Of a DNA stretch of 64,000 nucleotides, positions 47,470 to 62,034 are shown in pieces. The translations under genes were made by a program, and so were the position numbers. Position 1 is the first letter of the stretch. Every line of letters begins with the position of its first letter. The stretch spans positions 62,310,001 to 62,374,000 of the forward strand of contig OX597824.1 in the NCBI GenBank assembly GCA_951406725.2. The letters run 5' to 3'. A model generated the notes under the pieces. That model saw nothing but the letters and a program-made list of their open reading frames with translations. It made no database searches and had not been told where the DNA came from. Source of the stretch: Octopus vulgaris (taxonomy: Eukaryota).

Positions 47470-48623
47470 TCGGGTCATTTCACAAATAATGCGTTTGGTA
47501 GACTTACAAGGCATCTCTTCAAAAATTCACTTGTCCTTGACGAAAATCCGCCTCCAGTACGGAATTCATATTTTTTCCCGTCTAACCTATTTTGAACACT
47601 GCGGAATAAATGATAATCAGATGGGGCAATGTCCAGCGAATATAGTGGGTGTGACATCGTTTTTAATTCAAATTGCTTCAGCCTTTAGAATGTTATTCTC
47701 GCTGTATGTGGCCAAGCATTATCCAGATGGAAGAGAACACCCTTCGTGTTGAAACCAAAGAAGGTCGTTTTTCTTCTAGTGCTGACTTAAGCTGCTCAAG
47801 CTATTCACAGTAGATCTCCTTTGTTATCATTTGGTTTGGGTTTCAATTTTCAAAGTGAACTAAATCTTTCATATCCAACCAAGCAAATAACAACAACTTA
47901 CGTGGGTGAAGATCTGGGATGCCGGTGTTTCTCCTTTTCTTCCCACTATCATCGGCGCTTGACATTTTTATACAGAACCCATTTCTTGTCACCAGTCACT
48001 TTTCGATCCAAAAAAGGTTCATCCGTGAGACGTGACCGTAAAGAAGAACACACATTCACTCTGCGCACGATTAGTTTCGGAAACTTTGTGAGGAACCCAT
48101 TGATCCAATTTCCTGACAATTCCGATGGCACAGGTGTCGATAAATTGTTGAATGATCAAATCCAAGCTTATCTGCTAGTTCCTCAACTGTTAAGAGGATT
48201 TTGTTCCACCACGGTTTGAAGAATGTCCTAGTCAAGCTCTACAGATTTTCCAGGACGGGGCTCGTCTTTTACTCTGTAGTTTCCGGTTCGGAATGTATGG
48301 AAGCACCGTTGACACTGACTTACGCTTATTGTCCAATCCCCATATACTGGGTTAATATTCCTCACACTTTCCGTAGTGTTGTTGCCCTTATTAAGCTCAT
48401 AAAGTATATTATGCCGAATATACTCCTTTATTACTTACATTAAAACTTTCAAGAGATAACTGTTAAAATCGAACTGCACTCTTCAAAACTTGCACTGAGA
48501 ATAAGGACAAGGTAAAATTACTACCTGCTTCTACAGCAAGTTGATGTAGGTAGTTTATCCAGTCCCCCTTCAACTTTTAGTTCATGCAGTTGAAAAAACT
48601 GCATTATTTATAAGATGGCAAAA
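47470..48623 (-). mobile_element. mariner transposon relic (DD34D-type motifs)
   Basis: FLDRKVTGDKKWVLYKN and HPLYSLDIAPSDYHLFRS; degenerate TIRs with TA flanks. Confidence 0.88.
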
Positions 48624-49204
48624 TATTTATTCTTAATACGTTCGGGCAAATTCAAGCGTAACATAAAATATGTTTCACATAGAATCAACTTATCCAGCAG
48701 CAGCTGGATAAAATCAAGTGTTATGTTTGACTAAAGAGCTACACAATCAGATTGAAGCTCCGTAATATCCCCTACCCTCAATGAAGAAGAGAACACACGT
48801 CTAATAAGGGGAGTAAATGTCTTCCAACGACGAAAAACAAGCGTAATTAGATATTGCCTTCCAAATTTGCCAGAACTTACTCGCTTTTCTGCATGCATTC
48901 CATGAAGTGCTTTGACTGCTTTGTTTAAAGAGCGTTGCTACTTTTATTTGTACATATTTCCAACATTCTTTAGTTTTAGAGATGTGTTATATTTTGGTTG
49001 TGATATAAATTTGGTGTGAGTTGCAGGATAAGTTCTCCTGCGGATACGATTATAGATGGTTTTACCAAAGTTTTTACGTCTTTTAAGAAGGTAGTATCTT
49101 TCGGATATCATGTATATATTTATATACATGTGGATATATATGGGTGCGTGTGGGAAAGAGATAGAGAGAGTACATGGGAATACATGTATGTGTTTATATG
49201 TATG

Positions 49205-49250
<46 letters not shown>

Positions 49251-49555
49251 TACGTTATCTGCAATGGTTTTTTGTCTTTTGGTAAGAGGTTCCGATTTTA
49301 CAATTCTGTAATTAATAGTAATATTTTATAAGCTTAAAACTCATTATTTACAGAATGTAAAATCAGCACCGCTTACCAAAAAATCATCATAGATAAGGCA
49401 AAAATATGTCTGTTTATAAAAACAGCACTATGAAATTATAGTTCTTAAACATGAAGGTAGAACACTTGTCGCGAAAACATAGAGGGCTGAATTCCAGTCC
49501 CATATGTAAAACTAAATGAATGAAGTAATATAATATATATATACATATATATATA

Positions 49556-50398
49556 CGAAATTTTACCCATAAGAAGCCGGAGTTTTGTAATATTACTTTA
49601 TTCACTTAGTTGTATATATTTACACTTTTAACACCTCCAAAATATTCTCCATTGGAAGCAATGCATCAGTCCACTATTCCAAGCAGTGCTACATCTCTTA
49701 CGAAATGATGCATTTTAACGCCAGCGGCGATTTCTTTTTAAAACCTCTTCCACATCTGCATATTCCGTAGCCCCAACTTTCGTCATCAGGGATGACCTTC
49801 AAATAAAGGTCCGGAACAACTTCCAACTCGTTTTCCAGTTCGTGATATGCATTCGGTCGTGACTGCCTTTGGTCTTGCATGTGCAAGTGAGGCACACATT
49901 TTCCTGCAACTTATTTTGTTCGCAATTACTCGCTAAAAATTCAGTAACGATCCTCCAACCTCAGTTCATGAATTTTAATGATGTTTTCATTCGTTCAGGC
50001 GGTCGATTGCCGTCATGAACTAGGTTGTCCTTGAAACGACGTGACAATTCCTTACACGCGCAAACCACTCGTGAACTTGTGTTTTGCTCATGGTTGCATC
50101 CTTGCAAGCTGTTTGAAGCATGGCAACTATTTCGGCTGCCATTTTTACCAGCAGAAAACAAAATTGAACGGAAGCACGCGGTTACTTCGTTTCAGTCATC
50201 TCAAAATCGACGAAGATGGGGGAAGCTCTTCAAAAGAAAGAGGTACTACGTGTGAGTATGACTTTAGCGGATGACGGCGGCTAGCGGATTTTTACCTGAG
50301 GGTCGCATCAAATGGCTTCTAGCGGTAGATGCCTGAACTACAATGGGCTTGTCCCATCCCAAAGTGAATGTTTCCTGTTACATTTGGGTACCCCCTCC
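49556..50398 (-). mobile_element. Internally deleted mariner relic
   Basis: KVIPDDESWGY motif (49698-49895 ORF), HTH-like N-terminal remnants, degenerate TIRs. Confidence 0.7.
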
Positions 50399-51375
50399 TA
50401 CTGTGTCATGTTTTTTGCCGAGATATTAATTTCTACTAGTGTATATTTGGATCTGACCATTTTATCTGTCCATGTGAATATTTCATATACAATAATTATA
50501 TCACCGAATGTTTATATGCATGTCCATATTAAGATAATATAGATGCATCTCTATCTAAATTTAATTATACATGTGCAATCTGATGTGGATGGTACAAATG
50601 ACTGCTATAAACTTTCAGATTAGGAATATATATTTGTTTACAAAATGCGTTATACAATACGTTTATTTGTATTTATGCTTTCTATGTACTGAAAGATTCA
50701 TATTCTATGGACTTGGTGCTTGAAAATTCTGGAATAAAACTGATATTTCTCTGTATCAAAATATTCTACATATGAAGTTGAATTTGTATTATAAATATAG
50801 GATATTGCATTGCATGTCTACCTGTTGCTCAGCTTTTCGTTTCTAATTTTGGATCCCAATAAATCTGCAGAATAATCTAAAGTAAATTAACTATTGTTTG
50901 CTGAACAATGCAAACTTGGAAAAAGAAGAAGGATAGATGATAACAAAGTACATTAGAAGAAACGAATCGACACAAAGCATGGAATAACAATCTAGGGAAA
51001 GAATAATGATAGCAAAACTGAATGAAGTGCAAAGAAAAGTATATGTTGTATAAATTCTAAAGACAGGCATACGCGAGTGAAAATAAATTAAAAAATAAAC
51101 TGAAATATGAAGAAAAGAGTGAAGGAAACTAAACAAGGGACCAACATATATAAAAATAAATGAAGATCTTGTATGATGAGAAGAAGAGATTGCATAAGTA
51201 AGTTCGTCATAACTGAAAAACAGCTACTAGACAGAAAAAAGAAGACATATTCTAAATACCAGTATCCACAAATGCAGATGTGCAACAAAAACAAAGTATA
51301 TGCGAGTTTATACTTACAGAATTGCAAACACGCACACACACACATAGATAGATAGATATAAATGTGTATATATAC

Positions 51376-51418
<43 letters not shown>

Positions 51419-51459
51419 CACATACATGTGTATTTGTAAATCTCTGTCTCTCTTCCTGA

Positions 51460-51524
<65 letters not shown>

Positions 51525-51793
51525 GTATATATGTCTGTATATATATACTTACACACACCTACCCTTTCACACACACAAATTCATATGCAAACACTCACAT
51601 ATACATATATAAATTCATTCTCTTCTTACTTTACATACATCTATCAATTTTATTTTAATGTTTCTAATACTCCCACCCTTTTCCCCCAAGCCACTTTGTG
51701 AATCCGTCCGTTGATAGAATTAAATTTCCGTTAATCAAACACACCTTGCTATATCACGGTATATTTGCATATACAAGCGTGTGTGCATATATA

Positions 51794-51886
<93 letters not shown>

Positions 51887-52428
51887 ATTTCTATGAGGGC
51901 GTAAGAAGGCAGCTGCGTATATGAAAGTGGATATCCAAGGAAGGAGAAGTATGTATGAAGAGATGTAAGAAATGCAAAAAATTCCAAATGAGATTTTTGT
52001 CACATATCAGCAGTGATTATAAGCATATGCCTGTAGATGTGTTTGTGTGCATACGTATGTTCGTACCTGTAACTATGTATCTATTTATAACAGACAAACT
52101 ATTAGAATTCGGTGAGATAGCTCTTAATCTAATGTAAATTGTGTTTTTACAGATGAAATTCAGCAAATAATTTGCTGATATGTAGTTATATCTGTTAAGT
52201 CGATATCAAATTATTATAAGCGTGTATAAAAGGTTATTTGTAACTCCAGCAGATTTGAACAGGAAATATATTATTGACTGTTTTGCCGACGATCAAAAAC
52301 TTCTATTCTTAGATTTATAGCAAACTTCATAACAAACACAAATCTGTGCTATTTGGTGAATTTGAGGAATCGGTGTTTCAGTATAATTATGACACTTAAG
52401 TTAACGATACTTCAGCAAACATGGTTAC

Positions 52429-52459
<31 letters not shown>

Positions 52460-52831
52460 AATTAAGGACATAGAAAATTTTAGCCTATATGCTGAAAATA
52501 GCCGCTAAATCGTCTAGCCAGATTAAAACTTATCACCAAGTCACACACGTGTTGAAATCGAGGAAGTAAGCCAACGGAAATTCATAACAATAAAGATAGC
52601 TCTGGATTGATCAACTTATGGATTTGCCCAATGGCTTTTCCTCGTCAGCGGAGCACACTTTAAGTGAGATATTTATATATCTCCACAGGAAAGCAAACGC
52701 AAAGCCAAAACTACATATAAATACTAGAGATAGATCCAACACACAATTTCGTAGCTTATCCCAGCATATGTGTATCCGAACATTTCTGATAATCTGGCCA
52801 CCAATAAAATTTTTAAGAAAAATATTTTGCC

Positions 52832-52870
52832 TTTCGAACCTTGCGTTCCCATTCCTATGGTATTTTCCGA

Positions 52871-52874
<4 letters not shown>
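52832..52874 (-). mobile_element. SINE-HHR S3 fragment (segment just after the (AAT)n tract)
   Basis: Exact reverse complement of 62832-62874. Confidence 0.75.
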
Positions 52875-52914
<40 letters not shown>

Positions 52915-52919
<5 letters not shown>

Positions 52920-55838
52920 TAGTTTTATTTTTATAGCGTGCTTTCACTTCACAACCGAGCGAAGCTCTGTGTGCCTTGGGTATGTGCTGTGATTTGTTGT
53001 GATGCTCTGATGGTTATTGTATGGAAAGTGTTCTGCGTAGGATGTGTGCAGTGCCTAGTAGTGCAATTTTCTGTATGTTATATGTGTTTGTAAGTCCTGG
53101 TGTTATGCATTTGTCTGAATGTTTTTTTATCATGCCTAATGCACCTACTATGATAGGAATTGTTTCTGTTTTCAGATTCTACATTCTAGTTACCTCTATT
53201 TCCAGGTCTTTGTATTTTGAGAGTTTCTCCATTTCTTTTAGAGACACGTTGTCATCAGCCGGTATTGATACATCAATTAGAAAGCATTTTTTTCTTCATG
53301 ATCTCTGACAACTATATCTGGTCTGTTGGCCTTAATTTCTCTATCTGTGTGTATCGGCATATCCCAGAATATGGTTGCTTTCTCGTTTTCTGTGACCTTT
53401 TCTGGTGTGTGCCTATACCATCTTTTTTCTGTTGTTATTCCATAATGTTGGCATAGCTTCCAATGTATGTAGGTTCCAACTCTGTCATGTCTGTGAACAT
53501 ATTCCTTCTTAGCCAGGACTGGGCAGCTAGAGATAATATGATTTATTGTTTCTTGTCCATCTCCACATATTCTGCAGTTACTTGTAATATTTGTTTTCAT
53601 TACATGTTTTTGATAATTTCTGGTGGGGAGGCTTTGGTCTTGTGCTGCAATTAAAAATCCCTCTGTTTCTGCTTTGAGTCCTGAGCTTCTCAACCATTTC
53701 TGTGATTTTTCTTTGTCTATTTCTTTTGCGTTTAGTTTAGTCCAGTATTTACCATGAAGGGGCTTTTCTTGCCATCGTTTTATCATGGTTCGTTGCTGTT
53801 CTATTTTTAGTTTGGATTTCATTTGTTTTATAGCTTTTGTTGTTTCTTCATCATCTTCTTCTTCTTCTTTGTGTTTATTAGGTGGTATGAGTTCTTGTTT
53901 GTATTTGTCAGCTTCCTTAAATACTGAGAACAGTTTTTTCTTTTGCTCGTGTTTTGCCGCTATCTGGATCAGTTTTTCCTTCCTTCTGAAGTAGATATTT
54001 TTGAAGTCCTATGGTGGTTATTTTATAGTAGTTTTCCAGCTGTATAAGGCCTCTACCACCATCTATACGTTGTATATATAGCCTTTCTATGTCAGATTTT
54101 GGGTGATGCATCCTAGATCCTGTCATTATTTTTCTTGTTTTCCTATCTATATTGGTCAGTTCATTTCGTGTCCAGTTAAGGATATTGTAGCTGTAACTTA
54201 TAACTGGGACAGCTAAAGTGTTGATACCTATTATCTTGTTTTTAGCATTGAGCTCTGTGTTTAGTATTGATCTAACTCGTCTATAATATTCTTTTTTTTA
54301 TTTTCTCTTTCATTTGTGTGTGTTGTGTCTTATCTAGTTCATGGATTCCTAAGTATTTGTAAGTTTGGCTTTGGTCTAATTCTTTTATTTCATTGGTTTT
54401 ATCTAGTGTGATGTTGTTACTCTTAACTAGTTTTCCTCTTTTCATGGTTACTTTGGCGCATCTTTCTAATCCAAATTTCATATCTATTTCTTTGGTAAAT
54501 CCATGAACTGTCTTTAATAGTGTTTGTCATTTGCAGCGTATAGTTTTAGGTCATCCATATATAAAAGGTGGCTGATCGTTTTGCCGTAACATTTATATCC
54601 GCATCCAGTTCTATTTAGCATATCAGATAGAGGTGACAGTGCCAAGCAGAAAAGGAGTGGAGAGAGCGTGTCTCCCTGGAGACAGAAATGGGGATGTCTT
54701 TGGTTTTCATGAGTCCCTCTTTTGTTTGGAGGTGTAGGACTGTTTGCCATTTATTCGTAGAGTGCTCTATGAATTTTATGATTGTTGGTGCTACTTTGTT
54801 AATGGCTAGTGTTTCGAGGATCCATGTGTGGGGGATGCTATCAAACGCCTTTTTGTAGTCAATCCAGGCCATACTGAGGCCTTTCTTCTTTCTGTGGCTG
54901 TCTTCAGTTATGGCTTTATTAATCATTAGTTGATCTTTACAGCCATATGAGCCTTTGCGGCATCCTTTCTGCTCTTCTGGGAACAGTTTGTTTTCGTCCA
55001 GGTGCTTGTTCAGCCTTTGTGATATCACTGCAGTAAATGCCTTGATCATAGTAGGGAGGCAGGTTATTGGTCTGCAGTTTTCTGGTTTTTCTGTTTCATT
55101 TGATTTGGGAATTAAGATGGTTTTCCCCTTCGTGAGCCATTCGGGCATTGTCTCTGGCTCTGCTAGTTCGTTGTTAAAGTTTTCAGCCAGCTTTTTGTGC
55201 ACTCCTGTTAGATATTTCAACCAGAAGTTGGGGATCTTGTCATGCCCAGGTGCCTTCCAGTTGCTTAGTCTTTGCAGTGCCGGGGTGACCTCTTCAGTTG
55301 TTATGGGGGTCCAAAGTTGTTCAGATGCCGAGTTTGTTATTTTGATACTCCTTTTTGTTGGTGGTTCGTTCGTCGACCATATTTCTCTCCAGAATTCTTC
55401 CAATTCTTCTGCCGTTGGTGCTGCAGTGACTTCTATTTTATTTTTGCCCAGTTCTTGGTAGAACTTTTGGGGTTGGAGTTGAACTTTTTGTTTTCTTCAA
55501 AGAAGCGTTGGCGTTTCTTGTACCGGCGGATCCTTTGTGCTTTGGCAAGGATATCTTGCTTCAGCTTTTCTTTTATTTCAGGCAAATCTTTCTCTGTGAT
55601 GTTATATTTGCGGAGTATTTTTGTTCTCTTTTTGTTGCTCAGTAGCGTTGATTGTTTGCTGATTTCATTAAGAATTGACAGGTCTTTTCTAATTCTTTTT
55701 ATTTTGCTTTGGATGTTATTTATCCACAGGGTTTGTTTGGGTGGTGGTACTCCTGTTTGGGCGGGTTTGGGTGTGTATCCAGCTTCTTTTGTGGCTGCAG
55801 TGGCTGCTGCGTATATTAGGTTATGTGGCTGCAGTGGC
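52915..55838 (-). mobile_element. Dong/R4-like RLE non-LTR retrotransposon, family 1, 5'-truncated and frameshifted
   Basis: ORFs 54615-55403 (RT N-part), 54514-54750 (YMDD) and 53277-53822 (CCHC, RHD, RPD); (TTA)n on both sides. Confidence 0.92.
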
Positions 55839-55858
55839 TTATTATTATTATTATTATA

Positions 55859-55963
<105 letters not shown>

Positions 55964-55985
55964 TATTATTATTATTATTATTATA

Positions 55986-56031
<46 letters not shown>

Positions 56032-56043
56032 TTTATAGAAGGA

Positions 56044-56092
56044 GCTTCTACAGGACTAGAACTGTTTCATTCAAAAGAAATCATCAGGAAAC
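56044..56092 (-). ncRNA. Type I hammerhead ribozyme
   Basis: Minus strand reads gtttc-CTGATGA-t-ttc-tttt-gaa-t-GAAAC-ag-ttctagtc-ct-GTA-gaagc. 5-bp stem I, 4-bp stem III, U.U at the base of stem II. Confidence 0.72.
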
Positions 56093-57023
56093 AATTAGAC
56101 AAGAGTTGTTTTGGTATTTATACATTTAGGCAGGTTTAAATGGGTGGTGGTGGGGGACTTTTTTGGGGGTAGGCATGGTGCAAAACTGTCATTATTAGGG
56201 GAGTGGTCAAAGGAATCGGTGGTAAAGTAGATAAAAGAATAAAAAATAAAAATAAAAATAAATAAAAAAATATAAATAGAAAAGTTTTAGTGGGGAGACT
56301 CTCACTTGTACATCTACATATATATATATATATATAGATACACATATACACACCCGCCTATTCACATATATCTATACATATACATACATACCCACATATA
56401 CATACATATATATATATATACATACATACGTACACATACACATACATATATATATATATATATACATATATCTACACATACTCATGTACGTACACACAGA
56501 TACACAAACACATACACATACATATACATATGTATACCCACTCGCACATATATATACAAATGCATATACATGCACGCACATACACACACATTTTTATTCT
56601 CTTATTTTAATTTTATTAACTACTTTAGTTTATATCTTTATTTTTATCTTGACCGGTCAAACTTGTCCCAAGGGATCTCTAAAGATACTGTTTTTCTATC
56701 AACTTACTGATACGAACGCAAGCACTTACTCACGCCCACACATTCACACGTACACTCACGCACAAGTTATATTCATACACGCCTACATCTACATACATTC
56801 ACGTATATTCACATACACGCATACACATACATACCTCAACACACCCACAGAAGCCTAGTCCATACATATACACTAATTAATATATATACACATATACATG
56901 TACACATACATACACATACATACATATACATACACATATACACATATATATATATATACACATATACATTCATATACATATACATACACATATACACTCA
57001 TACATATATACACATGCACACAT

Positions 57024-57057
<34 letters not shown>

Positions 57058-57381
57058 GTGGATTAACTGTTGAAGTGGACGAACGTCTATTTGTTTCTCT
57101 CCCAAGTCAGTAGCAAGCTACACAGCTTCAAAACTAACTGACCTTAAATATATATATATTTGTAACCACGTGTTTGCCTACAAACCCGTAAGTACGTTTT
57201 CATTTAACTACAAATTGTTATATACACCTGTTTTTCTTTTAATATCCTCAAACAACCAAATAATCAAAAACTCACACCCTTAAGAGAGAACATTTATATA
57301 TATATACACTTCTTTAACTCCCAAGAAAGAATATATATATTTTCAAAATTCAAAAGGAAAACAAACAAAAGAAAAACAAAC

Positions 57382-58425
57382 ATGACTAACTTGCAGGCCT
57401 GAAACAGACGAAATTGGTCTGATAACGAAATTGATGTTTTAATAAACACATGGTACTCTCTTTCCCAAACAGAAAATCTAAATGTCTTGTGTTTGAATGA
57501 GATTGCCGAAAAAACATCACAAGTGGTCAACACACGATCCGTCAAACAGATTCGTAGCAAGCTGAAACATATCGAAGTATCTTTCAAACTGATAAGAGGC
57601 CATTATGAAAAGCTTCTATATATTTTCACAGTTCAAGAACAACAACAGCTAGAAAATCAGCAGCCACAACAACAACAACAACAGAATGAGCCACTCCTGG
57701 TTCCCAGCACAATGGCTGACCCTAACATCGGTCAAGCAAAACAACAACAACAACAGCCACAGCAACAAGAACAACAGCCACTCCTCAACTCTAGCTTACT
57801 AGATGATTCACTAAATGCCAGTATCTTTTCACCGCTCTCACAGCAACCACCACAATTATCATCATCATCATCACCACCGCTGCCACCATCGTCTTCTATC
57901 ACCAAAAATACCAACAGAAAACCAAATAAGAAACCACTGCCCTCTTCCCCCACATCACCACCTCAATACTACTGCAGTAACAAAAACTTAAAGAAACATA
58001 GGAAGCAGAATGCGCCCCCCACGGCACAAACAAGAAATCCCCAAATATGCCGCTATTCACTGCGCCAGAGACTCTGCACAAATAGTGACTGCATCTTCAC
58101 GCATCTACCCGGCACTAGACGCACTACCGGCCAAGGTCAAAGCACGCATCCCACAATAACATCAACACCACCAAATAGTAAATCGAAATTCAAAACACAC
58201 ACAACTCGGAGTCCCAAAATCTGCCGGTATTCCCAACGTGAGAGAACATGTCTACTGAGTGACTGTCCCTTCACTCATCTTCCAGGGACCCGACGCACAA
58301 ACAGAAACGGGGCCTCAAGCCAACACACAAACCTGAATAACAATAAAAATAGAAGCACACCATGCTGCAGTAATGCTGGTCCAGTCTTTTCAGGAAGACA
58401 CAAAAACAACAACAACAAAAGTTGA
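57382..58425 (+). pseudogene. LINE ORF1: Myb/SANT-like N-terminus, poly-Q, two CCCH zinc fingers
   Basis: ATG 57382 is in frame with ORF 57487-58425 but has TGA at 57400. NWSDNEIDVLINTW...RSVKQIRSKLKHI; two C-x8-C-x4-C-x3-H repeats. Confidence 0.7.
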
Positions 58426-58577
58426 ATCTACAACCCTATCCAACAGTGCAACCACACCTCCAGCCAAAAACTGCTCCCTAAGCAGGAAAATTCTTTTTTA
58501 GCCATGTTGAACATGGCAAAAGAGATACACAAAAACATTCTAGCCATCACTCAACACCATCCTATGCTATTACCCCA

Positions 58578-61500
58578 GTGCACCAATTCCCCACATTGCT
58601 GCCACTAACACACACAAAAAATCCAAGCCCCCTGCAACAGTCAAAACCAGCCACTACACTAACCTCCACATTCCTACTCAATGCACAAGGTGTCAGCCCT
58701 TCCATCAATGCACAAAAATGGAAGGTCCAATTCATTGAAGACTGGGTTGGTAACCATTCACACCACATCCCTTTCTTCATTCTCACTGAGACCCACCTTG
58801 ACAACTCCCACTTGGAAGCCGAAGTGAGAGTGAAGAATTTCACAACCATCCGCGCGGATCGTATCGGCAGGAGGTAGGGTGGAACTGCCATTTTCCTACA
58901 TGATTCATTTACGGCAGATGGAAATAGTATATTCTCCAACGGCTACTGTGAATCAGTCACCGTGCACAACAAAGCCAATGACCTGACAGTAATTGGGCTC
59001 TATAGGCCGCCCCAAACACCCATACTGTGCTTTAAAGAATGTCTCAACAGCATTAAGTGCTTTATTCAACAGTGCCATTCTAGCAACATACTCATGATGG
59101 GAGACTTCAATCTACCCTGTGTTGACTGGACTACAAACTGTTTGAAACCAAGCACTCCCGCCTCAACCGCTGACAAAGAAGCAGCAGAGTCACTTTTCGA
59201 CTTTACGAATGAGTTTTTCTTGTCCCAACTTGTCCTTGCACCAACAAGACATCAGAACATTTTGGACCTAGTGTTTAGTAACCACACTAACACTATACAT
59301 AACGTTACAGTGGAAAAAACCCTTCTTTCAGACCATGACATGGTTCTCTGTAACATGAAATTCCACCAGCCGAAAGCTAATCCTAGTGACCTTCCTCCAG
59401 CCCACCCATTTGACAACATGGATCTCCATAAAGCCAACTGGGATGCAATCAGGAACGAGCTATCAAATGTTGACTGGCCCTTTACACATACACACATCTC
59501 CACCAACCATAAAACATCTTTGTAGACACCGTCACAGACATATGTGCAAAACACTCCCCACCAAGACCTGTGAACAAAAAGTGCAGAATCCCCCAAAACA
59601 GAAAAACCATTATCAGAAAAATAAAAAGAACAAACAAAAAAATTAACAAACTAAAGTACTGCCAACAGCAACACACACATTCGACGGCTATCGCACTGCT
59701 TGAATCCAAAAAATATAACCTCCAACAATGCATGAAGACCCTCATCAATAACCAAAGATCAGCTGAGGAGAAGTGGGCCATTGAAAAAATCAAACTCAAC
59801 CCCAAAGTGTTCTTTTCATTTGCGAGGAAACGCAGGGTCACTGTCTCCACTGTAGGCCCTCTAATTGACGAAACTGGCACTCTCCAAGATAATGCCAAAT
59901 CCATGGCCGAGATACTGCAGAAACAATACTGCTCTGTTTTCAGCAATCCTGATATGGCCGATCTGGGCTGTATCAGTGATGTCAACCCCCAACACACTAT
60001 ATCGGACATAACGTTTAGTGCCCCTGATGTCTTAGCGGCGATAAACGAAATAAAACACAATTCAGCAGTAGGCCCCGATAGGTTCCCTGCTTGTGTCCTG
60101 AAGGTGTGTCAACACCAACTTGCATCTCCCTTGCTAATCTGTGGAGAAACTCACTGGATGCTGGCTATATTCCAAAAAACCTTCTGTCCCAGTCTGTTGT
60201 CCCAGTTTTCAAAAAGGGAAACAAGTCCCTTGCAGTGAATTACCGTCCGATCTCACTCACCTCTCATATCATCAAGGTATTTGAGAGGGTGGTGAGATCT
60301 CGAATAACCCAATTTCTGGAAAGCAACAGACGGCTGATCTCCAACCAACATGGGTTCCGTAATGGAAGGGACTGCCTAACGCAGCTCCTGCATCACTTTG
60401 AGGACATTTTGAGAGCTTTGGGAGAGGGCTCCAACACCGATGTCATCTACCTTGATTTCAGTAAGGCCTTCGACAGGGTTGATCACAAGATCCTATTGAA
60501 AAAACTATCCAACATTGGTGTCTCTGGAAAGTTACTGAAATGGATTAAGTGTTTCCTGACAGACAGATCTCAACATGTTGTAGTTGAAGGGGTAAAATCA
60601 AGCCCAGCCAAAGTCAGTAGTGGCGTTCCGCAAGGCACTGTGCTGGGCCCACTTCTTTTCATCATTTACATTAATGACATTAATGACATCATCAAGCACA
60701 GCAACATAAAAATCTTTGCAGATGACTCCAAGCTACAGAAGGTCATAAATGAGGCGAGTGACCGGACATGCCTTCAGTCAGATCTACTGGCTGTTATCCA
60801 ATGGGCAGAAAAAAACAATATGCTGTTGAACGAGGATAAATTTGAGCTAATCCACTTTGGAAAAGAGGATGCCCTGAAACTCCCATACTCCCTTCCTTCA
60901 GGTGAAACTCTCGCGGCGTCCAACAACATCAGAGACCTGGGAGTAATTGTGGACAACAACGTAAGCTGGGCCACTCATATAAACACCAAAGTTGACATGG
61001 CCCGCAGAATGTGTTCCTGGATTCTCAGAACTTTCCAGTCGAGAGATATCCACACCATTATCCTTCTCTTCTTCACTTTTGCCCGACCCCACCTTGAATA
61101 CTGTTGTCCACTGTGGTCTCCCCACACAATACAAGGTATCGTAAAAGTTGAAGCACCTCAAAGGGCAATCACAAAAAAGATAGATGGCATGACAGGCCTC
61201 GACTATTGGGGTCGACTAGAAAAGCTAAAACTCTATTCTCTCCAACGTCGTCGTGAGCGCTACATCATCTGCATGATGTGGAAAATATTCCATCAGCATT
61301 GCCCAAATGATGTTGGCATCACCTTTAAGGTACATCCAAGGCTTGGGCCCCGTGCCATCCGCCCAAAAGAAAAATCGCACTCTCATCTCATAACAACAAT
61401 ACGGCACAATTATTTCACCTCAATTGGCCCCGCTTTCTTTAACATTACACCAAAACACATTAAAACAGAAACTGACCCTATAGGGTTCAAGAAGTCTTTG

Positions 61501-61602
61501 GACAGATTCCTTCAAGAAATCCCGGATAAACCCCCTACACCCGGATATGTCTCTGTAAACAATAACTCTCTACTTGAGTGGGCCATAGTGCCCAAATTCT
61601 GA
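58578..61602 (+). pseudogene. LINE ORF2 (APE endonuclease plus reverse transcriptase), one stop and two frameshifts
   Basis: ORFs 58578-58877, 58962-59525, 59570-60238 and 60091-61602 are consecutive parts. Confidence 0.9.
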
Positions 61603-61687
61603 CTTGAAAGACTTCACCAGGTGGTGCTATTAAGTTAGACATGGCCTGGGCCAATAATGGCCGAAACCTATCAAAGTATATATATAT

Positions 61688-61721
<34 letters not shown>

Positions 61722-61964
61722 CACGGGAAGCTTTATGAAAATATATATATATACATATATATATACACACATACATACATACATGCGTACACATACACAC
61801 ACACACACACACGCGCATCTATATATACACCTAAGTACATACATGCATAAATGTATACATATGTCTAACACATGCATACACATCCGCACACACACGCGCC
61901 TCCTTATGTTCATAAAAACATACATGCATACTGGCATATACATATATACATACATGCATACTCA

Positions 61965-62034
<70 letters not shown>

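Larger units (their letters stand above)
57058..61677 (+). mobile_element. Near-full-length CR1-group LINE (ORF1 plus APE-RT ORF2)
   Basis: APE motifs (TETHL, MGDFNLP, LDLVF, SDH) and RT motifs ([23 protein letters not shown]); short 3' UTR ending ATCAAAGT; (TA)n at both ends. Confidence 0.93.

Noticed and set aside
51705-51762. ccgt-tgatag-aattaa...ttaatc-aaac...acgg hammerhead-like layout
   Set aside because: Several core nucleotides would need correcting; not distinguishable from chance.
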